Source: Deltaproteobacteria bacterium (GTDB lineage: Bacteria; Myxococcota; Kuafuiibacteriia; Kuafuiibacteriales; Kuafuiibacteriaceae). From it: a stretch of 64,000 nt of DNA. The position numbers and the translations under genes were made by a program. How positions within the stretch are numbered: position 1 is the stretch's first letter; each line of letters opens with the position of its first letter. The stretch spans positions 64,001 to 128,000 of the forward strand of contig JAVJQW010000047.1 of NCBI GenBank assembly GCA_040218735.1. Direction: 5' to 3'. A model generated the notes under the pieces. The model searched no databases. It was given only the letters and a program-made list of their open reading frames with translations, and had not been told where the DNA came from. Positions 9,262-17,646 of this stretch are shown here, one piece after another.

Positions 9262-10235
9262 TGCGCGGTGAGCGGGTCGGCAGCTTCCGCCTCCACCGTG
9301 ACCTGCACGACGGGCGCGCCGCGCGTTACTCGATCGCGTCGCACGTCGACGAAGGCGACAACCCCGGCGCGTTCGTGGTCGCGCGTTATCACGATCGCGT
9401 CGCCGACGACGACGAGGCGCGAGGTGATCTCGCCGCGGCCTGGGAGGCCCGTCGCGAGCGTGTCACCTCACGGGTCGCGAGCGTCGTGGAGCACGAGGTG
9501 ACGCCCGCGCTCACCTTCGTCGCCACGCGCTACCTCCCGGGGATCGACCTCGCCGCATTCGCTCGAATGGAACGCGAGCAGAAGCGCCGCATCGACGTCC
9601 CGTTCGCGGCGCGCATCGTCGCCGAAGCCGCACGCACGCTGGACGACGTGGGTCAGGCGATCGGCTTCGACGCGATCGACTTCGACGCTCAGAACGTCCG
9701 CCTCGGCTGGGACGGCGCGGTTCGACTGACGCTCCCCGTCACGCTGGCGCTCGGCGTCGACGACTCGACCCCGGCCGCGCCGGATCTCCGGCAGCCTTCC
9801 CCCGAAGGGGTCATCGGTGCGGAGCTCACCGCGCCGTCGCTCGTGTTCCAGCTCGGGCTCGTCCTGTACTGGCTCGTCGAGGGGCGGCACCCGTTCCAGG
9901 GGTCGACGCCGATGGGGACGTTCATGCGGATCGTGGAGGGCCGCCCGGACCCGCTCGCGCACCCCAGCGCGGAGCTCGACGCGATCGTCGGGTGCGCGCT
10001 CCAGCGCGAGCAGATTCGTCGCTTTGCCACGCCGCGTGAAATGGCCGAGGCGATCGAAGCGCAGCTGTCCCCGGCGCCCACCGCGTCCGTGGCCGAGACC
10101 CTCGGCGCGCGTTGCGCGCAGGCGCGCCAGGAGGACCTCGACCTCGACGACGACTTCTCGACGGCCGGGACACAAACCCAGCCGGACCCCGAAGAGCAGA
10201 CCGTCGAGGACGCGGGGCCCGTGTTCCTCGATTAG
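9261..10235 (+). CDS. Degenerate Ser/Thr kinase-like protein (probable pseudokinase)
   Basis: Kinase C-lobe remnants (QNVRLGWDGAVRL, SPE, VFQLGLVLYWLVEGRHPF, RFATPREM) but no GxGxxG, HRD or DFG. Confidence 0.7.
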   Translation: MRGERVGSFRLHRDLHDGRAARYSIASHVDEGDNPGAFVVARYHDRVADDDEARGDLAAAWEARRERVTSRVASVVEHEVTPALTFVATRYLPGIDLAAFARMEREQKRRIDVPFAARIVAEAARTLDDVGQAIGFDAIDFDAQNVRLGWDGAVRLTLPVTLALGVDDSTPAAPDLRQPSPEGVIGAELTAPSLVFQLGLVLYWLVEGRHPFQGSTPMGTFMRIVEGRPDPLAHPSAELDAIVGCALQREQIRRFATPREMAEAIEAQLSPAPTASVAETLGARCAQARQEDLDLDDDFSTAGTQTQPDPEEQTVEDAGPVFLD

Positions 10236-10260
10236 CGCGCGTCGCGCGTGGTAATCGAGG

Positions 10261-11547
10261 ATGATGTTGTCCTTGGTCCTCGGTGCGGCGATCGCCGCGT
10301 CCCCTACGGCCGACCTCTCGAAGATTCAGTGGATGCACGACGACGCGCCCGGCGCGTTCGCGAAGGCGAAGAAGGCGAAGCAGCTCGTCGCCGTCGATGT
10401 GTGGGGGACGTGGTGTCACACGTGCCTGATGATGCAGAACTTCGCGTTGAAGGAGCGGCCGATGGCGAAGGTCGCGAACAAGCTCGTGTTCCTCGCGATG
10501 GAGTACGAGTCGGACAAGAACACCGACTTCTTCGCGAAGTTCCCGATCAACGCGTTCCCGACGTTCCTGGTGATCGACCCGAAGACCGAGAAGGTCGTCG
10601 CGCGCTGGGTGGGGTCCGGGACGTCCGAGCAGATGGCGGAGTTCTTCGCGACCGCGGACCCGAGCGACGATCGACCGTCGGTGCGGGCGCAGCGACTGAT
10701 CGCGAAGCGCAGCTACGCCGAGGCGATCGAGATCCTGGAGGGTGCGCTCGCGAAGGCCTCGGCGACGGAGCGGAACGCGCTCTACCCGCCGTACATCGAG
10801 GCGCTCTGGAAACACGACACGAAGGCCTGCGCGACCAAGGGCGCCGAGCACCTGGATCGATTCGACGATCGCACCGCGGCGGGGATCGATTCTATGCTGC
10901 TGCTCAGCTACTGCGCGACGGCGCTCGAAGATCCCAAGCCGCTCTACGGTCGGCTCGCGAAGCGCCTCGCGACGGTCGCCGCCAAACCTCCGAAGTCCTT
11001 GGAGGCGGACGAGGTCGCGGGAGTGATGCTCGGGCTCGCCGACGTCTACGACGCGCTCGGGGAGAAGAAGAACGGTGACGCCGCCGCGAAGAGGGCCGCG
11101 ACAGTGCTGGAGCAGGCGGCGAAGCGCGCGCCGTCGATCGCGGTGCGCACGACGTACGACTACCACCGGCTCCTCGCGTACGTGCGCCTCGGCCGTCACG
11201 CGGAGGCGCTGAAGATGCTGACCGCGTCCGAGAAAGCGCAGCCGGACGACTTCAACCACCCGCACCGCATCGCGTACCTGTACCTCGAGCTGGGCAAGAC
11301 GAAGGAGGGCCTCGCGGCGATCGATCGTGCGCTGAAGATCGGGTACGGCGGGCGGCGGCTGCGGCTGCACGCGACGAAGATCGATCTGCTCCTGAAGGCG
11401 AACCGCCTGACGGAGGCGCAGGCTCAGGTCGACGCCGCGAAGAAGGAGCTGGCTTCGATGAACCCCGCCAACACACGTCAGGGGTGGATCGACATGCTCG
11501 AGGCGCGCGCGAAGAAGGTCGAAGCGCAGCTCAAAAGCAGGGGATGA
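10261..11547 (+). CDS. Exported thioredoxin-like (WCHTC) + TPR protein
   Basis: Signal peptide, VDVWGTWCHTC, FPTFLVID, followed by helical TPR-like repeats. Confidence 0.8.
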   Translation: MMLSLVLGAAIAASPTADLSKIQWMHDDAPGAFAKAKKAKQLVAVDVWGTWCHTCLMMQNFALKERPMAKVANKLVFLAMEYESDKNTDFFAKFPINAFPTFLVIDPKTEKVVARWVGSGTSEQMAEFFATADPSDDRPSVRAQRLIAKRSYAEAIEILEGALAKASATERNALYPPYIEALWKHDTKACATKGAEHLDRFDDRTAAGIDSMLLLSYCATALEDPKPLYGRLAKRLATVAAKPPKSLEADEVAGVMLGLADVYDALGEKKNGDAAAKRAATVLEQAAKRAPSIAVRTTYDYHRLLAYVRLGRHAEALKMLTASEKAQPDDFNHPHRIAYLYLELGKTKEGLAAIDRALKIGYGGRRLRLHATKIDLLLKANRLTEAQAQVDAAKKELASMNPANTRQGWIDMLEARAKKVEAQLKSRG

Positions 11548-12406
11548 GCCCCTTCTTCGGGAAGTAGTAGCCGAAGACAAAACACATCTCGTCGGCGGCC
11601 GAGGGCCCGTACTCGACGGTGAAGTCGTCGGCGTTGTCGTACGTGCACTCGAAGCGGACGACGTCACCGTTGGTCACGGGGATGGGGTCGTCGAAGAACT
11701 CGACCTCCGGGTCGTCCCAGCGATCGTTCGAATAGACCTGATCGGACTGACCGTCGCGAATCACCTGCGTGGTGGCGAGGACACCGCGCTGGTGAAAGTG
11801 TGATGACATCGAGAGCAGACCGATCGTGTCGCGGATCGTGCAGTCTTTCTGGATGGTGGTGCGTTCGTTGGGCGGGAGCGTGATCTCGAGCGTCGTGAAC
11901 CCGTAGAGGTCGACGTGGGTCCGCGCCGGCGCCTCGGCGGTGTGCAGATTGAGCGCGAACTGCTGCTCGGCCGGCGCGTCGGTCACGTTGATCCAGTGCA
12001 GCTGCATGATGATGAGGGTGTTCGGCGGGAGCGGGAACGCCATCCCGTCCGGGAAGCGGTAGTCGACCGCGCCCGACGAGCCGTCGACGATCGGGCGCGC
12101 GCCCACGAAGAGCTCGAACTCGTCGGGGCACGGACCGAAGCCATCCTCGCGCTCGAGATCCGACATGAAGATGTTGAAGTGGTGCTGCCCGGGGCGCTGG
12201 TTCGTCTGGAAGCGAACGACCTCCAGCTCCTCGGCGTTGTTCATGTTGAGGTGGTAGCAGCGCGTGCGCTCCTGCCCCGCGTCGAGGACGAAGGGCTCGG
12301 AGAGGAGCTGCACCCCGCGCTCGGGGGGTTCGAGCAGGCCGTCGTAGCCGGCGACGCCGCTGCCGCACGCCGACAGGAGGGCGACGGCGAAGATGCTGAC
12401 TCTCAT
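11531..12406 (-). CDS. Copper type II ascorbate-dependent monooxygenase (PHM-like) lipoprotein
   Basis: ATG 12406 MRVSIFAVALLSAC; HH (GQHHFN), QLHW, SHFH and DEMC copper-ligand pattern. Confidence 0.8.
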   Translation of the reverse strand: MRVSIFAVALLSACGSGVAGYDGLLEPPERGVQLLSEPFVLDAGQERTRCYHLNMNNAEELEVVRFQTNQRPGQHHFNIFMSDLEREDGFGPCPDEFELFVGARPIVDGSSGAVDYRFPDGMAFPLPPNTLIIMQLHWINVTDAPAEQQFALNLHTAEAPARTHVDLYGFTTLEITLPPNERTTIQKDCTIRDTIGLLSMSSHFHQRGVLATTQVIRDGQSDQVYSNDRWDDPEVEFFDDPIPVTNGDVVRFECTYDNADDFTVEYGPSAADEMCFVFGYYFPKKGLIPCF

Positions 12407-12752
12407 GCGAAGCGACACTGCAGACTCGAAGCCAACCGTGAAAGCTGTCGTCTTGGGAAGGTGGGGCGACGATTCGGCCCAACTCGGGCGGCCCGAATCG
12501 CGCGGCGTTGACAGTTCGTAAGCTGTACAGACTTGCCCACACCCTGTTGCCTCTTGCCCTCGGGGGCGTCGTAGCACCGCTGACTTCAGCGGCGCACAGC
12601 GGGGTTCGGTTGTAGTCCGCGCGCGCAGTGCCGTCGCCGCGCACGCTTGTCCACGAGTTCCCACATGTTGGGACGATCGCGATTTTGTTGCGTCTTCCTC
12701 GTTCAGCGCCGAACGCGACGCGCGGTTCAGGACGAGGGATCCGCACATCGGG

Positions 12753-12768
12753 TGGCACGTCCGTTGCG
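12753..12768 (+). promoter_or_regulatory. Sigma54 -24/-12 promoter of the RiPP operon (TGGCACG-TCCG-TTGCG)
   Basis: Near-perfect consensus with GG at 12754-55 and GC at 12766-67; predicted start about 12779; RBS AGGAG at 12823-27. Confidence 0.75.
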
Positions 12769-12833
12769 ATGTTCGTGCGTTCGACACCGAGCGCCGCGGG
12801 AGATGCGGCGTTCTCAAACGATAGGAGATCGAA

Positions 12834-13094
12834 ATGAAAGCACCGACCGTCAACGCGCGCGCGATCGACACTTGCGCGTCGTCCATGAACGCCGCGACGG
12901 CCCGTCCCGAGTTCGATGCCAAGGGCATCGAGACCTGTGCCTCGTCGTCCAATGCGCCGAGTGAGGCCGTGGCGAAAGCCGAGCCCGACTTCGAGCGTCA
13001 GCCCATCTCGACCTGCGCGTCGTCGATGTCTGCGCCCGGACAGATGGACTCGTTCACCACGGCGGCCGCGCGCACGCCGAACAAGTTCGTCTGA
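12834..13094 (+). CDS. Putative RiPP precursor with three I-x-T-C-A-S-S cassettes
   Basis: Strong RBS; IDTCASS, IETCASS, ISTCASS (Cys14, 35, 61) each with Pro at -10; directly upstream of RRE and two rSAM genes. Confidence 0.85.
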   Translation: MKAPTVNARAIDTCASSMNAATARPEFDAKGIETCASSSNAPSEAVAKAEPDFERQPISTCASSMSAPGQMDSFTTAAARTPNKFV

Positions 13095-13102
13095 GCTTGG
13101 AC

Positions 13103-13145
13103 ACGTCCCCGCGGGTCGGCCACGGCCGCCCGCGGGGCGTCTTTT
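13103..13145 (+). terminator. GC-rich hairpin + short T-tract between precursor and maturase genes
   Basis: ACG-T-CCCCGCGGG-T-CGGC / CACG / GCCG-CCCGCGGGG-CGT followed by CTTTT. Confidence 0.6.
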
Positions 13146-13162
13146 CGGAAAGGTCACAGGTC

Positions 13163-13678
13163 ATGCACGAACGAAGAACACCCCGGCTGATGCGCCACGT
13201 CCGCCTCCGCAAACGCGAGCCCGTCGCCTACGACGGGAAGAAGCGAACGATCTACGAGCTCAACGACGTCGCCGCCGCCATGTTGCGGCTCGCCGACGGC
13301 AAGAACGACGTCGACGTGATCGCCGAGGCGGTCGAGAGCGACGCCGAAACGGTCCGTGCCTTCATGGACGACTGCGCGGCGGCCGAGTTCGTCGAGTGGC
13401 TCGACGGCGACGCCGCGACCTACCGCGTGCCCGAGCTGGAGAAGGGCTTCCGGCTCCGCAGGAACGAGCCGATCGGGTACTCGGGGCAACAGTCGGCGAT
13501 CTTCAAGCTGAACCCGACCGCCTACGAGATCCTGCAGCAGGTCGACGGCGAGCGAGACGAAATGCAGATCGCGATTCGCTGCACGAGCGAGGAACAGGGC
13601 GGCGCCTACCTGGCGACGTGCCGACGGTTCCTGGAGCGCTGCGCTTCGGAAGGGATGGTCCGATGGAAGACCGCCTGA
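13163..13678 (+). CDS. Tandem PqqD-family / RiPP recognition element (RRE) protein
   Basis: Two copies of the PqqD pattern: YELNDVAAAMLRLADGKNDVDVIAEAV..VRAFMDDC and FKLNPTAYEILQQVDGERDEMQIA..CRRFLERCASEGMV. Confidence 0.8.
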   Translation: MHERRTPRLMRHVRLRKREPVAYDGKKRTIYELNDVAAAMLRLADGKNDVDVIAEAVESDAETVRAFMDDCAAAEFVEWLDGDAATYRVPELEKGFRLRRNEPIGYSGQQSAIFKLNPTAYEILQQVDGERDEMQIAIRCTSEEQGGAYLATCRRFLERCASEGMVRWKTA

Positions 13679-14619
13679 ACCTGTACGGCACGCCGCACCG
13701 CCTGCGCGACGACGAGCTGCTCGACGAGCTCACTTCTCCCTACTTCGCGACGTGGTACTGCACACGTCGCTGCAACCTGTCTTGCGCGCACTGCTTCGTC
13801 GACGTCACGTCGGGCGGGCGCGACCCGATCGACACCGAGACCGCGATGCACATGATCGATGGGCTCGTCGAAAACGACGTCTACCAGCTGGGCTTCGCCG
13901 GCGGAGAGCCGTTCCTTCGGCCGGACTTCTACACACTCGCGGCGTACGCGCGGGACCAGGGCCTGACGATCCAGGTCGCGACGAACGGCCTCTTCCTCGG
14001 CGACGAGCCGGTGGAGCGGCTCCTGGACGTGGGCTTTCGGTGCATCCAGATCAGCCTCGATGGCGCGACCGCGGCGAGCCACGACGTGCTGCGCGGCGCC
14101 GGTCGATTCGACGCGGCCCTCGAGGGCGTTCGCGCTGCGGTGCGCAAAGAGCTCCCGGTGGTGCTCGCGATCGCGGTGCACCGCGGGAACCTCGACGAGG
14201 TCGAAGCGATGGTCGACCTCGCGGAGCGCGAGGCGGCGATCATCCTGAAGGTGCAGCCGGTGTTCACGTCCTTCGCGTGGCGCGGCGAGGACGGCGCGCT
14301 GACGCCGGACGAGGTGCGCGACGTGGTCGCGCGGGCGCGTCGGCGAGCCCGGAGCGTAGAGCTGTCGATCCCACGGTGGGCGCAGATCCTCGAGGATCGC
14401 TCCGGCGAGCGCACCTGCGCGTCGACGCTCCGCAACGTGTCGATCCTCGACGACGGCCGGCTCTCCCTGTGTGACTTCGGTCCGGAGCACGCCTTCGGCG
14501 ACGTCACGCGGAACGACTTCTTCGACGAGTGGCGCCAGGTCGTGTCCCAGCACCACCTGCGGCAGCGGTGCGGGTGCACGCGGTACCTCGAAGCGGAACA
14601 GAAGGAGGTGGCGGCATGA
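13663..14619 (+). CDS. Radical SAM protein with truncated SPASM (twitch-like) domain
   Basis: TRRCNLSCAHC, AGGEPF, ATNG, QISLDG; C-terminal C..ILDDGRLSLC and RCGC only; overlaps RRE gene by 16 nt. Confidence 0.9.
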   Translation: MEDRLNLYGTPHRLRDDELLDELTSPYFATWYCTRRCNLSCAHCFVDVTSGGRDPIDTETAMHMIDGLVENDVYQLGFAGGEPFLRPDFYTLAAYARDQGLTIQVATNGLFLGDEPVERLLDVGFRCIQISLDGATAASHDVLRGAGRFDAALEGVRAAVRKELPVVLAIAVHRGNLDEVEAMVDLAEREAAIILKVQPVFTSFAWRGEDGALTPDEVRDVVARARRRARSVELSIPRWAQILEDRSGERTCASTLRNVSILDDGRLSLCDFGPEHAFGDVTRNDFFDEWRQVVSQHHLRQRCGCTRYLEAEQKEVAA

Positions 14620-15743
14620 ACCCGATCGCGCCCTACTCGGTCACCTGGTACATCACCAAGCGCTGCAACCTGACTTGCACGCACTGCTTCAACTACGAGC
14701 CCTGGGAGACACCGCGACGCGCGGACGAGGAGCTCGACTTCGACGACGCCAAGGCGATCGTCGACCAGCTCGCCGACGCGGGGGTGTTCAGCCTCGCGTT
14801 CGGCGGCGGCGAGCCGCTGACGCTCCCGTGGTTCGTCGACCTCATCGAATACTGCGACCAGGCTGGCATCGACACCTTCCTGTCGACGAACGGTGCGCTC
14901 CTCGATCGGCGAAAGGTCGAGCGCCTCGCGGCCGCCAACGTCACCGTCGTGCAACTCAGCCTCGACGGCGCGACGAAGGCGACCCACGACGCCATCCGCG
15001 GCCCTCGGAACTTCGACCACGTGATGCGCGCTGCCGGGCTGCTCGAGGAGCTGGGCATCGACGTGCAGTTCGCCTTCACGCTGATGAAGACGAACCAGGA
15101 CGAGATCGACGACCTCCTCGACCTCTGCATCGAACAGCGCGTCCCGATGCTGAAGCTCCAGCTGTTCCTCCCCACCGGACGTGCCGCGGAGGACCGCGCG
15201 CTCACCGTGCCCCCGGAGCAGTTTCGTGCGATCGTCGACAAGGTGAAGGCGTTCGAGCGCGCGTCCGGCGGCAAGCTCGCCGTCGACTACCCCTGCTTCA
15301 CCGGGCACATGGACGGCCTCGCGGAGTCCAACTGGCGCCTGGGCGAGAAGGCCACGAAGCTCTCGTGCGGCGCCGGCACCACCCGCGCCGTGATCTTCGA
15401 AGACGGCTCCGTCGGCACCTGCGAGTTCATGCGCGACGACAGCGCTTCCGACCTGCGCAAGGAGTCGTTCCTCGACGTGTGGCACGGCGGCCACGACGCC
15501 ATCGAACGCTGGCGGCGCCTGAACCTCGTCCACGGCAAGTGCGGCTCGTGCGGGTACCAGTCGGAGTGCGGCTACGGCTGCCGCGCCAACGCGTACTTCG
15601 CGGGCGGCGACTTCTACGGCGACGACCCGTCGTGCATCGCATCGCCCCCCGAGGGCGTCGAACACCCGTACTACGCAAAACAACGCGCCGTCCGAGCACC
15701 GCCGAACGGCCTCGTCCAAATCGGAGGGCTCGCCGCCCCGTGA
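14616..15743 (+). CDS. Radical SAM/SPASM protein
   Basis: TKRCNLTCTHC, GGGEPL, STNG, QLSLDG; full SPASM CGAG..IFEDGSVGTC..CGSCGYQSECGYGCRA..DDPSC; ATGA overlap with the previous gene. Confidence 0.92.
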   Translation: MNPIAPYSVTWYITKRCNLTCTHCFNYEPWETPRRADEELDFDDAKAIVDQLADAGVFSLAFGGGEPLTLPWFVDLIEYCDQAGIDTFLSTNGALLDRRKVERLAAANVTVVQLSLDGATKATHDAIRGPRNFDHVMRAAGLLEELGIDVQFAFTLMKTNQDEIDDLLDLCIEQRVPMLKLQLFLPTGRAAEDRALTVPPEQFRAIVDKVKAFERASGGKLAVDYPCFTGHMDGLAESNWRLGEKATKLSCGAGTTRAVIFEDGSVGTCEFMRDDSASDLRKESFLDVWHGGHDAIERWRRLNLVHGKCGSCGYQSECGYGCRANAYFAGGDFYGDDPSCIASPPEGVEHPYYAKQRAVRAPPNGLVQIGGLAAP

Positions 15744-16288
15744 TCCGAATCGACGACGGCGACCTCGTCCTCCGCAGCCCGACGCTCGACGACGCCCCGG
15801 TCATCTTCGCGGCGGTCGACGCCGACCGGGCACGGCTGCGCCGATGGCTGCCGTGGGTCGACCTCACGAAGACCCCCGACGACACCCGCGCGTTCGTGGA
15901 GCGGAGCCTCGCCGGGCTCGAAGCCGGCACCGCGATGGACCTGGTCCTCCTTCACGACGGCGCGTTCGCCGGGCTCGCCTCGCTCGTCGACATCTCGTCC
16001 GCGAACCGCCGCGCGATGATCGGCTACTGGATCTCGAGCGGCCGCGAAGGGCGCGGCCTCGTCACCCGGGCGGTGCAGCGGCTCCTCGCCCACGGCTTCG
16101 ACACCCTCGGCCTCGAACGCATCGGCCTGTACGCGGCGACCGACAACACACGCAGCCGCGCCGTCGCGGAGCGCTGCGGCCTCACGTTGGAGGGCGTGCT
16201 GCGCCACCACGAATTCGTCGACGACCGCTTCGTCGACCACGCCGTCTACGCGATCCTCGCCGAGGAGTGGCGCGATGCTCGGGGCTGA
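15740..16288 (+). CDS. RimJ/RimL-family GNAT N-acetyltransferase
   Basis: LRRWLPW, IGYWI..GRGLVT, NTRSRAVAERCG..EGVLR..D..VYAIL; GTGA overlap. Confidence 0.88.
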   Translation: MIRIDDGDLVLRSPTLDDAPVIFAAVDADRARLRRWLPWVDLTKTPDDTRAFVERSLAGLEAGTAMDLVLLHDGAFAGLASLVDISSANRRAMIGYWISSGREGRGLVTRAVQRLLAHGFDTLGLERIGLYAATDNTRSRAVAERCGLTLEGVLRHHEFVDDRFVDHAVYAILAEEWRDARG

Positions 16289-17639
16289 TCGGGTCGAGAC
16301 GATCCGCGCCGCGCACGCGCTCTCCGAGCACCGCGCCGAACGCCCCGCGCGCGCCCCCGCGCCACAGGACTGGTCGACGTGTGTCCCGCCGCTACACTTC
16401 CCCGGCGCGGAGCTGCTCCCGGCGACCGCGCGCCACCGAAACATCTCCGTCGCCGACACCCTCGCCGGGCGCTGCCCGCAAGCGCCGATCGACATCGGAA
16501 CGATCGCCCTGCGCACCCTCGGCGTGACGGTCGAACGGCGCCGCGGCTCGAGTCGCTGGTTCTGCCACGCCAACCCGTCGAGCGGGAACCTCCACCCCAC
16601 CGAGCTGTACGTCCTCGACGGTCGCGACGTCCTGCATTTCGCAGCGCGCGAAGGCGCGTTCGCGCGCATCGGCCGCCTCGAAGACGAAGCCCCCACGACG
16701 TTCGTCCTCACGCAGATCGCCGAGCGCCAGTGCTGGAAGTACGGCGACCGCGGCGTGCGCTACGCCGAGCTGGACCTCGGGCACGCCGTCGCGGGGCTGC
16801 GTCTCGCCGCCGCGAGTCACGGGCACGAACTGAGACCGATCGACGGCCTCTTCCTACGCGATGTCCTGGGACTCGACGGTCGCGAAGGCGAGACGATCGG
16901 CGCTGCGTTCACGACGGGGGCGCTCGACGCGATCACCGTCGAGCATCTCCTCCCCGCGTCGAAGCTGCGTGGCTTCGACTGGCCCGGCGCACGGAGCACG
17001 GCGCGCGCGATCGAACGTGCGCCGTTCACGACCTCGCGCGGGCACGCCCCTTCGGTCCGGATCGACGGTGACTTCGACGCGGTCGTCACCGCACGCCGCA
17101 GCGCCGCCGCTTTCGCCGACGCGCCGATCTCCCGCGACACCTTCGACCGCCTCCTGGAGTCCACGCTCGGGGGCAGCGCCTTCCTCGGGGCGGCGTCGGT
17201 CGACCTCCTCCTCTTCGTCCACCGCGTCGAAGGCCTCACGCCCGGCGCCTACCTCTTCCGTCGCAGCGACGCCGATCACTCGAACGCCTTCGACCCCGAC
17301 TTCGGCTACACCCCGGTCGGACCGCGACTGTACCGGCTCGACGAAGACGACGTCCGCGCCCACGCCCGCGCGGTGCACGTCGACCAAGCGGTCGCGAGCG
17401 ACGGCGCGTTCTGCCTGACGATGCTCGCGCCGCTCGACGAAACCCTCGCGACCGAAGGCGCCGGCGCCTACCGACGCCTCCACCTCGAAGCCGGCGCGAT
17501 CGGCCACGTGCTCTACCTCGGAGCGACCGCCCTCGGCCTCGGCGCCACGGGCATCGGCGCGTTCTACGACGTCGCGTTGAAACAGATGCTCGGGACCGAG
17601 CTCACGCCGCTGTACGGCTTCGCGGTGGGTGCGACCTGA
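16275..17639 (+). CDS. SagB/ThcOx-family FMN dehydrogenase (two nitroreductase-like domains)
   Basis: NPSSGNLHPTELY, WKYGDRGVRYAELDLGH, RRS, AYRRLHLEAGAIGHVLYL..GATGIGAFYD; 14-nt overlap with GNAT. Confidence 0.85.
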   Translation: MLGADRVETIRAAHALSEHRAERPARAPAPQDWSTCVPPLHFPGAELLPATARHRNISVADTLAGRCPQAPIDIGTIALRTLGVTVERRRGSSRWFCHANPSSGNLHPTELYVLDGRDVLHFAAREGAFARIGRLEDEAPTTFVLTQIAERQCWKYGDRGVRYAELDLGHAVAGLRLAAASHGHELRPIDGLFLRDVLGLDGREGETIGAAFTTGALDAITVEHLLPASKLRGFDWPGARSTARAIERAPFTTSRGHAPSVRIDGDFDAVVTARRSAAAFADAPISRDTFDRLLESTLGGSAFLGAASVDLLLFVHRVEGLTPGAYLFRRSDADHSNAFDPDFGYTPVGPRLYRLDEDDVRAHARAVHVDQAVASDGAFCLTMLAPLDETLATEGAGAYRRLHLEAGAIGHVLYLGATALGLGATGIGAFYDVALKQMLGTELTPLYGFAVGAT

Positions 17640-17646
17640 GGTCGGC

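Noticed and set aside
12508-12536. TTGACA as a sigma70 -35 box
   Set aside because: No -10 hexamer at 16-18 bp spacing; the sigma54 box explains the operon better.
12540-12680. Cluster of hairpins as a riboswitch or ncRNA
   Set aside because: No recognisable aptamer motifs and it lies upstream of the predicted start; an Rfam search would be needed.
12916-13662. N-terminal extensions of the rSAM ORFs in the track (12916, 14529, 6481) and of thiL (41520)
   Set aside because: They overlap other real genes; true starts are set by stop/start coupling or by where family motifs begin.
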